Below are positions 46,621 through 60,000 of a DNA stretch of 64,000 nt, piece after piece. How positions within the stretch are numbered: the stretch's first letter is position 1; every line of letters starts with the position of its first letter. Under the pieces are notes generated by a model. That model was not told the origin of the DNA. It ran no database searches and saw only the letters and a list, made by a program, of their open reading frames with translations. The position numbers and the translations under genes were made by a program. This DNA is from Mytilus edulis (taxonomy: Eukaryota), in contig NC_092345.1 in assembly GCF_963676685.1 (NCBI RefSeq), positions 22,196,001 to 22,260,000 on the forward strand, written 5' to 3'.

Positions 46621-47821
46621 TCAGCTTTATCCCGATTTCATTTTGAAAATTTGTGTTGTGTTTTTTTTTTTAATTTTTGCGACACTCCTCGTGTATATCG
46701 CTTAAGCTAAGTAGCTAAAAAGTAAAAAATTCAAAAAGGAAATTCCCAATTCCCAAATCAAATGTCAAAATAAAACACCCAAACACATCAAACGAATAGA
46801 CAACAACTGTTATATTCTCGACTCGACACAGGCATCTTCCTACGTAGAAAAATGACGGATTGAACCTGGTTAAACCTCGTACCTGCACGACAGCCGCAAC
46901 AAAAGCAACTTTTCAAAATATTTTATTACATTTTCCAAATCTGGTATAAAAATTCAATCATAAATCGTTGGAATAGTTGTATGTGTTACATAGAATAAAT
47001 CATTAAAAATAAAACAAAATAAGCCGTATATATATAAATTGATTTGTTTTGATATTCCAGCCGTATTCACATTGAACTAAAATTAAGTTTTCGTATTCGT
47101 TATATTTTCTTTACATTTATTATAACATACAATTATACTCTAACCTGGGACCGTGGTTTAACACTAACAGTAAAATATAAGAACAAACTACAAACAATAA
47201 ATGAAAAAGGCTTAACTCATCAAATGAGTACAAATAGAAATACATCTAACAAAACCCAAAGTGGACGTGGATGGGTACCTGTACATGCGCATAACAAACA
47301 AAAAAACACCAATTACAGATCTGAGAATACTCGCAGTTATCACTGGTGCCTGTAGGTTATTATACTTATGATCAGCACCTTAGCTTATCATATAAGCCTG
47401 CTGGCCACACTGCTATTTATCAGTACCATAGCATATCATACGTGTTAACATGCCATATCGCCATATGTCTGTACCTAAGCCTATCATAGGAGCCTGCATG
47501 TCACAATGCTATCTATTTATAACATAGCCTATCGTCGGTGTCTGTAGGTCACACAGTTTTTTATTTACTATATTCCATCATAAATGACTGTAGGTCACAC
47601 GGCTTCTTATCATAGTGCCTGCAGATTTATTCTATAGGTGCCTGAAGGTCAAACCGCTTTTTCTGTTCCATATTCTATCATAGGTGTCAGCATAGATCTA
47701 TATCATTGGTTTGAATAATAGACTATGTTAAATAGACTGAAAATTGACCATAATTGCCTGTAGGTCCACACCGCTTCTGTATTTAACGTATCCTATCATA
47801 ATGCGTGCATGTTAATCGTAA

Positions 47822-48196
47822 TTCTAATGCAATAATTTTGTAACAATGGCTTTTTATCAAATTTTATTACATTCTGAAGCGGCACAGAAGCCAGAAAACG
47901 CCCGGTGTTTATGTTTGACGCCGGAAGCTTACCTATGACGTCACCTAGTGTAGAGCCCTAAGAAGATAACATCTTTCGCGGAATTTTCTTTAATGAAGAT
48001 TTTACACTTAAATCATGATTGAAATTTAATAATGAAATTGTTTTGCATTGAAATAGAGATAACTGTATTGTATTTGAAGCTTTCCGGACGTCCATCGGTA
48101 GTTTTACTGTCGCAAATACCCGTAAACGGATATTGGCGACAGTAAAACTACCGATGGACGTCCTTAAAGCTTCAAATACAATACAGTTATCTCTTA
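47822..48196. mobile_element. Copy-specific insertion ending in a ~138-bp near-perfect foldback (48056-48193)
   Basis: Absent at the paralogous site 45917; arms GAGATAACTGTATTGTATTTGAAGCTTT..GGACGTCCATCGGTAGTTTTACTGTCGC and its reverse complement. Confidence 0.75.
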
Positions 48197-48514
48197 AGTG
48201 CCTGTAGGCCACACCGATTTTGTATGTTCCATATCCTATCATAGGTGCCTGCAGGTCACATCAAAAGTTATTTGTACCATGTTTGCCTTCAGGTCACACT
48301 TTTTCATATAAAACATTAATCTTTTGTTTCTACCTGCAGGTCACAGTGACACTTATACATGTATGTATCTGTATAATAGCCTATTATATGAGTTAGACTT
48401 CAGGTTACGTCACCATAGAGATGTATCATAGGTGCGTGCAGGTCTTATCCTCTTTACCAGAGCCCATCACATGAGCCTGTGGTTACATTGCTAAAACAGG
48501 TATATATTTATCAG

Positions 48515-48901
48515 TTGATAAAAGTCTAAATGATGAAAAGAATCAAAATCCACATGAAAAGTTTATATTCCATGGGCCCTGTCTATCCAATATAAAGCAG
48601 ACTATAGATTTTGCATTTTGTTAACGAGGTAAAAAATAAATAAAAATAAAACGGAGTTCCATGGGTATTGCGATATCGACTGCAAATGCCCCCTTATGTA
48701 GTGGTTAAACAATATTGATGTTTGCTTGTACCCATATGACCTAAGAATGTGCCAGATTCTAATATATTATTGAGACTGTCTTTCTCTATGGGAGAAAAAC
48801 AACTTGTGCATTCATTTAATTTCACTCAATTCTTATGTCACGGTCTGCTCAAGATAACATTAAATCACATCATTAACAAAAACGACGATGTCAAAGATTT
48901 A
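48515..48901 (+). pseudogene. cGLR/Mab21 pseudogene fragment 2
   Basis: Duplicate of fragment 1 with the same in-frame TAA after DFAFC. Confidence 0.85.
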
Positions 48902-50088
48902 TCAGCTTTATCCCGATTTCATTATGAAAATTTGTGTTTTGTCTTTTTTAATTTTGCGACACTCCTCGGGTATATCGCTTAAGCTAAATGGCTGAAAAGT
49001 AAAAAATTCAAAAAGGAAATTCCCAGTTCCCAAATCAAATGTCAAAATAAAACACCCAAACACATCAAACGAATAGACAACAACTGTTATATTCTCGACT
49101 CGGCACAGGCATCTTCCTACGTAGAAAAATGGCGGATTGAACCTGGTTTTATAGCCAGCTAAACCTCGTACCTGCACGACAGCCGCAACAAAAGCAACTT
49201 TTCAAAATTACATTTTCCAAATCTGGTATAAAAAGTCAATCATAAATCGTTGCAATAGTTATATGTATTACATAGAATAAATCTTTAAAAATAAAACAAA
49301 ATATAACAAAATAAGCCGTATATATATAAATTGATTTGTTTTGATATTCCGGCCGTATTTACATTGAACTAGAATTAAGTTTTCGTATTCGTTATATTTT
49401 CTTTACATTTATTATCACATACAATTATACTACTAGTCTTGCATGTGTGTTGTATGTTAAACCAGTCCCTTTAGCATAAAAGGAAAATATGAAAATAAGG
49501 GAAAATATGAAAATAAGGGAAAATAGTATAAGTGCCAATGAGAGAAATATCCATTTAGACCAAATGACAAAAATGTTAACCAGCATTCAAGTAATCTTAT
49601 GGTCTAAATATATCAGAAATAATTCTAGCAACCTTAAATCTCATTTGTTTAATAATTCTAGTTACGATTATCAGTTAATCACCAGTGAAAGGGCTATATC
49701 TCTAAAAGGTAGTCTACTGAATATTTCAACCATGTTCATTTCTTTTTAAATCCTGTCTTGCGCATCATTTTTGACAAAGTTATTTATGATAGCTGTTATG
49801 ATACATGCATATATGTAATATGCAAGTAGAAACTAAATGTTGACGCTGCAGATTGCTACAATATGAAGGATCGATATGCCCAAAAAGGTTTTTGTTAAGG
49901 GCTGTTCCAAGATTGATTGTGTTAAAATAATGGGAGATTTAAAGTTCATAAATCAGACAGAGAATTGACAAAGCAATGAAAAAACAACGAATACACGAGT
50001 AAGCCTTAAAAGCAAAATCAAAACAAACCTTCAATATGGTAGGGATGAAAATAAAGCCAATTGATGAAAAGTTTCACTGGAACAAATA

Positions 50089-50304
50089 CCGTATAGCGGG
50101 TTATTTTCGAGGGGTGAAAATTTTCGTTTCTTTTGAGGAGAGAAAAAAGTAGCCAAAATACATTCCGCTAATTTAAAACGGCACGTTCAAAAGTCTTGAT
50201 GAATGTTTCGAATCCGCCAAAATAATAACCGCCAAAATATTTCGTATACCTCATTCAATGAAAATCGTGAAATTTTACACCCGCGAAAATAACCCGCTAT
50301 ACGG
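50089..50304. mobile_element. Tc1/mariner(pogo)-type MITE, 216 bp
   Basis: 21-bp TIR CCGTATAGCGGGTTATTTTCG; TA on the left flank (TT on the right). Confidence 0.8.
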
Positions 50305-50421
50305 TTTCATGACATTAAATAGGTGATTGCTAACATGAAATAAAAACCCAGATTCAAAAGCAATTTATTTTATCATAAATTATGACCAAATGAAAAAGTC
50401 GAAATCCTCGAAATTACTTAC

Positions 50422-51026
50422 ATGTTTTATTCAATTTTATGTTTTTTCCTTAACGTATATTTAGACATTGTCAAGTGTTAAACACTTATAATAACCATCT
50501 TCCCATCTTTGTGTTAAAACAATGAGCCAATTGAAATTTCTCTGTTAATTTCAATAAAGAAGTTTTCGTCTTTCCTTTTTCATACTTTTTAGTCTTTTAT
50601 GTACTAGTATATAATAGAGGTGGTATGATAAGATTTCAGCTTAATCCCCATTTCATTATGAAAATTTGTGTTGTGTCTTTTTTAATTTTGCGACACTCTC
50701 CATGTATATTGCTTTAGCTAAGTCACTGAAAAGTATAAAAATAAAAAAGGAAATTCCAAATTCAAATGGCAAAATCAAACACCCAAACACATCAAACGAA
50801 TGGACAACAACTGTCATATTCTCAACTCGGCACAGGCATCTTCCTACGTAGAAAATGTTTTATTCAATTTTATGTTTTTCCCTTAATGTATAGTTAGACA
50901 TTGTCAAGTGTTTAACACTTATAATAACTATCTTCCCATCTTTGTGTTAAAACAATTAGCCAATTGAAATTTCTCTGTTAATTTAGTCTGTTATGTAGTA
51001 GTATATAATAGAGGTGGTATGATAAG
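50422..51026. repeat. Local direct duplication (50422-50632 / 50855-51026) flanking a repeat-B-containing segment
   Basis: atgttttattcaattttatg...gaggtggtatgataag occurs twice; the intervening 50633-50854 matches 46620-46850 and 48900-49130. Confidence 0.8.
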
Positions 51027-54000
51027 CTGATATCACGACTGTGAATGATCTTGTACAGATGGAAAGGTGAGTTTTATTTTATTGCAGTAAAAGTTATTCG
51101 ACAAGAAATATAGATTTCATCTTCAACTTTGCATAATGTTTCATAAGGTCAAAGTTTAGACGTATGTTAACTGGCTTCGTTTTAATGCAACAAGTATACT
51201 TCAGTGCTTCATTAACAGATCAATCACATATATTATGTCTGCAATCAGATTATAATATTACATCTGTTATCTGTAAATATAAATATAATCAATAGTGAGG
51301 TCTTGCCACTTTTCACGTCCTTTTTTAACCGATCGTCGTGTTAAGCACTTTGTCTATAAACCCTGACATGTAAATTGTGTTTTTTTTTTTATTACATAGC
51401 ATATCTCTTGCGGTCGGTTTTGTTTAATCTACGATAACCAGAGATTGATTTAAGGAAATCGAACCTCTATTTGTACGTATTCATAATTTATATATAAAAA
51501 AGGTCCAGAAAAATAAGACACAATTATATCATTTTGCTAATAACAAACCTAGTTCTTACTTTTACTTTGAAAAAACACCAGACACATACTTCTACTAGTG
51601 ATAATGATAACCATAATTATTAGAACGCACAAAAAACAAGTAGATTGCCATGCTAGCTCTTGATTTCTATTACACAGAATAACGTATCCTTTATGGGTGG
51701 ATTTTACATATATCTTATATTGTAAAAGCAAAATGGGGTTGTTAAAATTGGTGTATGCTTTTTTGTGCTTCGATGTTACATTTTTTTGTTTTTATTATGA
51801 TTAAGATGTTAACACAATGCTGACTACTGTACCCCTATTTTTGACATTTTTACCTAGTGTGTCTTTTTGTTTTGTTCACATATAATAAGCTATAGCCCAG
51901 CGTCAAGAAGGAAATAAAACTTCTTATTATCACTCTGCAGAGGATATGCCTAAAGAACTACAGAATATATTATTTTCATACTTTGAACGACATTATTTAA
52001 TAATTCTATCCTGTGTGATGTTTACTTCTGACACCATTCGCACGATGAACCATTTTGGTCTGGCCATTTTGTTATTCGTGCTTAAAACCGTTTATGGGTA
52101 GATTTAACATATATAAATAAAATTCAAAAGTAAGAAAGCAATGAATGAGGTTGTTACATTTGATATATGCCTTTTTGTACATCTTTGCTCAGTATCTGTG
52201 TTGTTTTATTGGTACTAAGATACTTGTACTTGTACATTCTGTCATTATTGTTTATGATATTCTCGTAATCTTGTCTTTCATTTTGATAATGTACTCTGTC
52301 TATATGCATTTTGCTGTTACTTCAAAAAATTGTTTGTTGCTCGTCTTTCATTTTTGCTATGTGCCTTATCTATATACCTGTTTATGTTTCTCCGTTACAT
52401 ATATGATGTGTCTCTGTACATCCCGTCATTGTGTTTTAGTACTAAGGTAATTTTTTGTATTCTTGTCTTTAATTACCGGTAATACTAATATGCTTGTTTT
52501 GTATGACATTTGTGCTTCTGTATTACATGTATGTATGGATTGTTTCGTATGCTGTATTATTGACATTTTAACATAACCAATTATGTCTGTGTGTTTTGTT
52601 CTCGCATCGTTGTCAATATAATATAATTTGATGCGACTGTCATACAAGTGAAAGGTTTAGCTAGCTATTAAACCATGTTAAATCAAGAAATGATTTTAGC
52701 TTCCCAATTGTTAATTTTCATTTAAAAAACCAAGAGCTCCAAATGATGAAGATTTTACTATTTACACATTTTTTATTCAAATGTAGATGCATTTTGGTCA
52801 AAACGCCGCATTGATTTTTATTACTCTGTCTAAACAAAGAAACCTGTAATTTTGTAGTTGTATTTTGTTGCTGTCTGTCATATTTGTGTATCCGTTCATT
52901 GTCCTTGTTTTATACCATTACGTTTGGCACATTTTGTCACATGGAAGCCTTTTCTATAAAAAGTCAAATAACAAAAATACCAAACTCCAAGGGAAATTTA
53001 AAACGGAGCATTCCTCTACAAAATGGCAACCTCAAAAGCTCAAAACATCAAATGAATGGGACACAACTGGCTCGATAACGATATGGGTTGTGTTTATCGT
53101 GTACAGCTTAACTATTGTTCCGATCTTTGTACGTTACATGGTTAGCATAGGCATCTTCTCAACGGGCTCCGATTGCGCTAATTGGAGACAACTCCATATA
53201 CAGTAAAACAGCATTCTTTATGAAAAGATAAATAGGAATAAAGCGCATTAACTGTAACAATTTATGACTTACATACTTGACTTAATAACTGAACATTATT
53301 TTGCTTGTGTATCTCATGACACAATGTATACCCTAAATACATTCGATTAAAAGTTGTAAAGTTGCAAATGCTTTTTTTAATATACACACCATTGATATTT
53401 CCGTTTAAATTGCGGCCAACATGTTTTCGAACTTATTTGATTTTATGACTTCACCAATTAAGGCATCTGATTTAATATGTAAGTTGACGGATTTTGCATT
53501 CATCGTTGAACGCTTGTCTTTCTTCGTAGGGAATTATTCTATCCAGTTCACGTCGAGTTTTGAACACGTTTGGCTTAATTTAGACTATCGGCGACATGAA
53601 TAAAATAGAAACGTCACTAAATTATGAACCTTTTCTATTAACGCCATCCTGTAATTCACAATTGAAGTATGCACATGAACATTTTCTACAACGAAGTTTA
53701 CAGTTATCAATTTATGATTTTACCTGTCATTTCCACAATCCTGTTTAACATTCGTCATATGTTCATTTCTCAAATTCAAATCCTTCACATTGTAAATATA
53801 CACTTGAAAAATCAGAATAGAGCAATCTTTTTTTTCTATATCACAATGTGTTTTTAGGGCTCCTTTGTTTTATCTTTTCATAGTATGGGTTGTGCTTATT
53901 TTTTTTAGGACAAAACGATGACATATAGTAGCTCATATGGCTGCCCTTTACTCTATGGATATTTGCGTCATTGGCAAGCAATACAAATATCCTGAATTAT

Positions 54001-54409
54001 ACATTGACGGTATTCAGTTCTTTAATTTTCCCATTTGATACTTTCAAAGTTATAAACGTACAATAAACAGTGTGTCCCATAAAACTTTAAAATAAGGACG
54101 AAAAGTGTCAGGTATCAAAAAAACAAAAATACCATTATTCATTGGGTCATTACATTTTTCCACCAAGAAATGTATTTACAAAAAAAGAAGTGCTGTGTCC
54201 AGGTATGATTTAGTAGAGTAATGTTTCAATCCCCTTAAAGTTCATACATGCAGGTTATTTATACTTTTAACCAGTAGCTTCCGATCTCAACGTTTCAAAG
54301 AAAAACAAAAGCAGATATGATATGGACAAATACTTGAAAATTCATTTCCTAGAATGGTTTTTTTTATGTTTCTGCTTCCTTATACAACTTCCGTACGTGC
54401 ACAAGTGCA

Positions 54410-54590
54410 TATCCAAAATAATGAAATCGTACGTGTTAATGACAGCCACTGTCTTTAAGTGACTACTTCAAATAATTAACTCGTACGTGTTAATGACAGC
54501 CACTGTCTTTAAGTGTCTATCCCAAATACTAAAATCGTGCGTGTTAATGATAACCACTGTCTATAAGCGCCTATTCAAGATAATGAAATC
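54410..54590. repeat. 54-bp tandem repeat, ~3.3 copies
   Basis: tcgt(a/g)cgtgttaatga starts at 54427, 54481 and 54535. Confidence 0.9.
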
Positions 54591-55459
54591 TTGTGTCATA
54601 AGTTTATTGTTATTTTCTGTCTTCCATGTTTGTTTAACGTTAAGTGATATAATATAAACAGGCAATCAGATTTATAGGTTTTACTTGTTTTCTCATTTCA
54701 GTACTTTTAAGGAAACATTTTCAATTTGATCATTGTAGAAAATATTTACGGTTCAAATCGATCACCCGGTCTGTAGAAATTGACTGCATAATGCTGAATC
54801 GTTTGATATCAACCCATTTTAATGGTTTCATTTACATGTTAAAGTTTCCACTACTAATAAACATCGCAATAAAAAAATACCAAACTCCGAAGAAAATTCA
54901 TAACCGAAAATCTGACAAACTTTCCAAAACACGATGAGCGAACATCTCTTATTCTATACATTTTACTTACATCTCAAATGTGTCCACAAAAATACATAAA
55001 CAACTTTGATGAAAATCCATTTTATCATACCAATATTCATGACAACATTCTGTGTATGTTCAATTTTCCAATTTCAAGCATTGATGTCCTATGTGATTAA
55101 GTAATTAAGTTGTTGTGGTATGCTGTACATTGGTGTTCCATTGACTTGATACATGCATATTTAGTTAGTTTATTTTAGTTAAAACACTATTTCGTTTTGA
55201 TCAAACTAATTACGCAATGACGTCTATTCGATGATATGGATGAAAAAGGTCTTTAGAAAACTAAGAAACTATAATGAGATGATCAAAACTAGTAATATAT
55301 TATATAGGTTGTAAAATTGTACCTCTGCCATATATCTAACTTGTTAGTAGGTCAATGAGTCGTTTATTTGCAAGTATACGTTATAGATAATATATATTTT
55401 AAGGTTTTTCTTGTCGTAGAACATCCCGAGGTGTCTTTTGCGACAAGAACATTCTTAAA

Positions 55460-55775
55460 AGGTACAATACGACACACGCGCGTTTCTTCTACATATGACT
55501 CATCAGTGGCGCTCAGATCAAAATAGTTATAGAGCCAAAGTACAAAGTTGAAGAGTATTGAGGACCCGAAATTCCAAAAAAAATGTGCCGAATACGACTA
55601 CGGTAATCTCTTCCTGGGATAAGAAAATCCTTAGTTCTTTCGAAAAGTTCATAGTTTTGAAACAGGAAATCTAAAAAAAAAATGATCATATAATTGATAT
55701 TCATGTCAACACCGAAGTGCTGACTACTGGACTGGTAATACTCTAGGGAACAAAACGTGCAGTGGCATCGACATT
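55460..55775 (-). mobile_element. Inverted, degenerate retrozyme unit
   Basis: Reverse complement: GCGCCA CTGATGA GTCATATGTAGAA GAAA CGCGCGTG (stem II and cleavage triplet mutated) plus retrozyme body. Confidence 0.8.
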
Positions 55776-55781
55776 ATCTGA

Positions 55782-56252
55782 TCTTCAACTTTGTTTGGAC
55801 TGATAACTATTTTGATATGAGCGTCACTGATGAGTCCTATGTAGACGAAACGCGCGTCTGGCGTACTAAATTATAATCCTGGTACCTTTGATAACTATTT
55901 ACACCACTGGGGCGATGCCTCTGCTGGTGGACGTTTCATCTCCGAGGGTATTACCTGCCCATTAGTCAGCACTACGGTATTGACATGAATATCAACTATG
56001 TGGTCATTTTTATAAATTCGCTGTTAACAAAACATTGAATTTTTCGAAAAACTAAGGATTTTCTTATTCCAGGCATAGATTACCTTAGCTGTATTTGGCA
56101 CAACTTTTTGGAATTTTGGATTCTCAATGCTCTTCAACTTTTTATTTGTTTGGCTTTATAACTATTTTGATATGAGCGTCACAAATGAGTCTTATGTAGA
56201 CGAAACGCGTGTCTGGCGTATTAAATTATAATACTGGTACCTTTGATAACTA
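55782..56252 (+). mobile_element. Retrozyme: full 355-nt monomer bounded by two hammerhead copies
   Basis: HHR1 55821-55864 (core intact, one stem II mismatch, cut after 55858); HHR2 56176-56219 (core mutated to CAAATGA, cut position 56213); spacing 355 nt. Confidence 0.88.
55821..55864 (+). ncRNA. Type I hammerhead ribozyme
   Basis: GCGTCA CTGATGA GTCC-TATGT-AGAC GAAA CGCGCGTC TGGCGT. Confidence 0.8.
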
Positions 56253-57035
56253 ATTATATACCTCAAAAAGTAATTTACTTTCTACAGATTTGCAAAACTT
56301 AGCATCCTAATTTATCTACCCAACTAAAGTGGGATATTCTTTGCTAATGCGTTCAGTTTTTAATACGCCTTACGGCTTAAATAAAATGTGAAATAAAACT
56401 CACTAATTAATCAAGTTATAAACCTTATAAATTTTCATTCATACAAAATAGAAATATAACTGTAACTGCATGAAGTATGACACAAATGAAATGTCATCAT
56501 CAGATTACCATGTATGTAGCATTCAAGAGACTTTGTAAGTAATTTATTATACCAACTTAGATTGTGTAAAAAGGGGGGTGATATGTTGTTGGTTTATTTT
56601 TCTACTAGTAATGACATGTCTATTGCGAAAGAGTGATTTTTTTTTAAATTCTAATTGAATCGAATGAAATATCTGAATGATTTTCTTTTGAATAGCAATA
56701 AAATAAATTAACTGATAATCAGGATACAATTCTATTATAGATGATAATGTCTCTGTATTGTAGCGATAAATAAACAAAATTTCGCATTTTTTAAAAATCA
56801 TTGAAGTTTTATATTGTCAATATAATACCTCCATGGTAAAATTAAAATGCGGGCAATGACGATCACCTATCATAGTTTTCATAATGATCAGCGTTTTAAT
56901 GACTTAACACAAGAACAGTCAACAGCAGTTTGCAACATCAAATCTCGAAAAAATGGTGATAAATTTCAAATCGATCGATTAATAACTTAAAGTGACAATT
57001 CATTGTATTTCATGATTTCTATCTTTAGATTCATC

Positions 57036-60000
57036 ATGGACAAAAAAAAACAGAAACCAAAAAATGAAGACGATAAGAATATGTATGGTATGAGTAAAAT
57101 TACATACTTGGAAAAATACGGGGTTAAACGTTTTCCTTACCGTGGAAGGCGCAAATACAAACCATTAATTTACCAATCAGAAGACGGAGGGATGGTTATC
57201 TCAAACGATGTTTTTGGATTGACAATCCAACAGTTTGAACGAATGTACAAAGATTGTTTAGATAGACGGAAAACACATAAACAGTGGATACTAAACCTGA
57301 GATACCCTGACAAATCCTCAAATGAATATTTGGAATACCTACAGAATTGTATTGACTGCCATAAAGGTAATAACAGTGCAATGACATAAACATTTGAAGA
57401 GAAAATAGACAATTACATATGATAACTAGATTCTGACTAAGCAAAACTTGCAATTAAATGTCCTAAGGCAGCAGCCTGATAAAAGAGGGACGAAAGATAC
57501 CAGAGGGATCGTCAAACTAATAAATCGAAAATAAGCTGACAACGCCATGGCTAAAAATGAAAGAAGACAAACAGACAAACAATAGAACATATGAAACAAC
57601 ATAAAAAACTAAAGAATAAGCAACACGAACCCCACCAAAAACTAGGGGTGATTTCATGTGCTCCGGAAGGGTAAACAGATCCTGCTCTCCCGTAGTGTTG
57701 TAACAAATCCGGTAAATAGTCTAATTCCTTAGTTCACATTATAACTAAGTTCTTGTTTTTGGTTCTTGTTGTAAAGACTTGTTTTTGTTTTTTGTTTTGT
57801 AGAAGACATAAGTTGTCTCGTTTGATTTTTTTTACTTTAGTCATTTCCAGGTCATTTTAAGCTTACTATTCGCAATGGGTGTTGTTAATTGTTACGTACA
57901 TCTACGTAACTGGATTCTGATTGATGGTTGTCTCATTAGTAATAATACCGTATCTTCTTAGTTTTAAATGAACAACACAATCACTTAAACACGATAGACA
58001 AAGAAACAAACAAGTTCATAAGGTATAAAACAGTTAACTACAGATCGAGGAAATCGGAAACAAGGACAGTATCTACGTACCTTGGGAATCCAAATAATCC
58101 TTAATCTTGTAATGGCATTGCTATCAGGCTAGAATATGGTGCTCCGGATTTTTACAGTTCTTGTTTTTTTTATGTGTCATGATGCTGTCTGGAAAAAACT
58201 AGCTGGGTACATTGTGTACGTCTCATTATGATGTTAACGATCTATGGCAAGTGGATGGATGGGATCATCTCATTGATGATATGAATAACTTCTGTAAAGA
58301 AAATCAACTGATTATTAAAAAAAAAAAAATGTAGTATGATTGACAATGAGACAAATCTCCACAAGAGACCAAAAATGGCACAGAAATTAACAACTATAGG
58401 TTACCGTACCGTACGGCCTTCAACAATAAGCAAAGCCCATACCGCATAGTCAGCTATAAAAGACCCCGAAATGACAATGTAAAACAATTCAAACGAGAAA
58501 AACTTATGAAAAATTTATGAAAAAAATAAACGAAAAAAATATGTAACAGATAAACAAACGACAACCACTGAATTAGAGGCTCCTGACTTGGGACAGGCAC
58601 ATATATTACATAATGTGGCGGGGTTAAACATGTTAGCAGGATCCAACCCTACCCTTACCTGGGACAGTGGCATAACAATACAACATAAGAACGAACTATA
58701 AAAATCAGTTGAAAAACTCATCAAATGGACAAAAATACAAGTGGATGTAGCCGGGTATTTGTACATCCCAATAACAACAAAAACACTAGGTACAGGTTTG
58801 GGAGTACTCGCAGTTAACTGACAGCTATGTCAAAGCCACAAACAACTAATCAAAAATCCATTCATCTAAGACTAAATTATTTATCCGTACACATCTAACA
58901 TCCAATGGATTTAGTGTAAAGACTTCATAAACAGTCAGAGAAACACATGACCTTGTGCAATGCCAATATACAGGTATGGACAGATTGTAGATCCATGAAT
59001 GTATATATGTATATAACATATTAGTAATATTTTATTACAAGAGTTATGATAAGCTCTTTTATAGTAGTTAAGGAACTTGATAAACGCACTGAAAGTTATG
59101 TTTTGGTAGAACACTTACTAGAGGCCGAGGTGAAACGATATTTAAATGTTGTTTGTGCAGTTTAGGTAGCCAATAGTTAGTAGGGACCTTCAAATGTTCA
59201 GAAGAAGCCTTAAGCTTTGCTATGGTTATGCTATTTTTGTTTACTATATGACTGTCTGTAGAGCGCATGAACTTCAATGAAGATGAATTTAAAATTTCAT
59301 TCTTAAGAACGTTTTGTAGTATTTACGGCATACCACCACCACATTGTTGGCTGTTTTGTCGGCCGGTACAAACACAAACCACTTTGAAAGTTCTTGAAGT
59401 TTATTTCTCATTCTGGAAAGAGCCGTATAATGTACTTTAATATTTACTTTTGAATAAAAAAAAATCAAAATGTGATATTCTATTATCTACAATATTCATA
59501 CATTCATATAAATGAGAATCAAGATATTTTTTTTTTATCAGATTTTACCCGTTTACACCACTTTTTACATAACGAGCAAAGCGCATCTTTGGTGATTTGA
59601 CGACACTCTTTCCAATCTATTTTAGATGGAGGATGATATTTTGGTCCTTTTTCAAAAAGTTTTTAACCTCTCCGTCCTAGTCGATATTGAGGTCCCCCGT
59701 AATAACATGGCCATTAACCGATTTTAATGTCTTCCTTAAAAGAGGAAATATTTGTGCAAAAACAGAGTAAAAATTGACGTAACATATATACACATAATTG
59801 TTATTATAACGATTATTTTGGTCCTTTTTTCAAAACGTTTTTAACCTCTCCGTCCTAGTCGATATTGAGGTCCCCCGTAATAACATGGCCATTTACCGAT
59901 TTTAATGTCTTCCTTAAAAGAGGAAATATTTGTGCAAAAACAGAGTAAATATTGACGTAAAATATATACACAGAATTGTTATTATAACGATTATTTTGAT

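Larger units (their letters stand above)
45486..49430. repeat. Tandem segmental duplication: ~45486-47137 and ~47138-49430
   Basis: Both copies start tctaacctgggaccgtggtttaacac and end acatacaattatac; copy 2 carries extra sequence at ~47495-47740 and ~47822-48196. Includes a degenerate ~40-bp tatcataggtgcctgcaggtcacac minisatellite. Confidence 0.9.

Noticed and set aside
47958-48242. 94-aa ORF
   Set aside because: Spans the palindromic hairpin; no protein features.
54410-54590. CRISPR-like regularly spaced repeat
   Set aside because: The intervening segments are homologous to one another; simple 54-bp tandem repeat.
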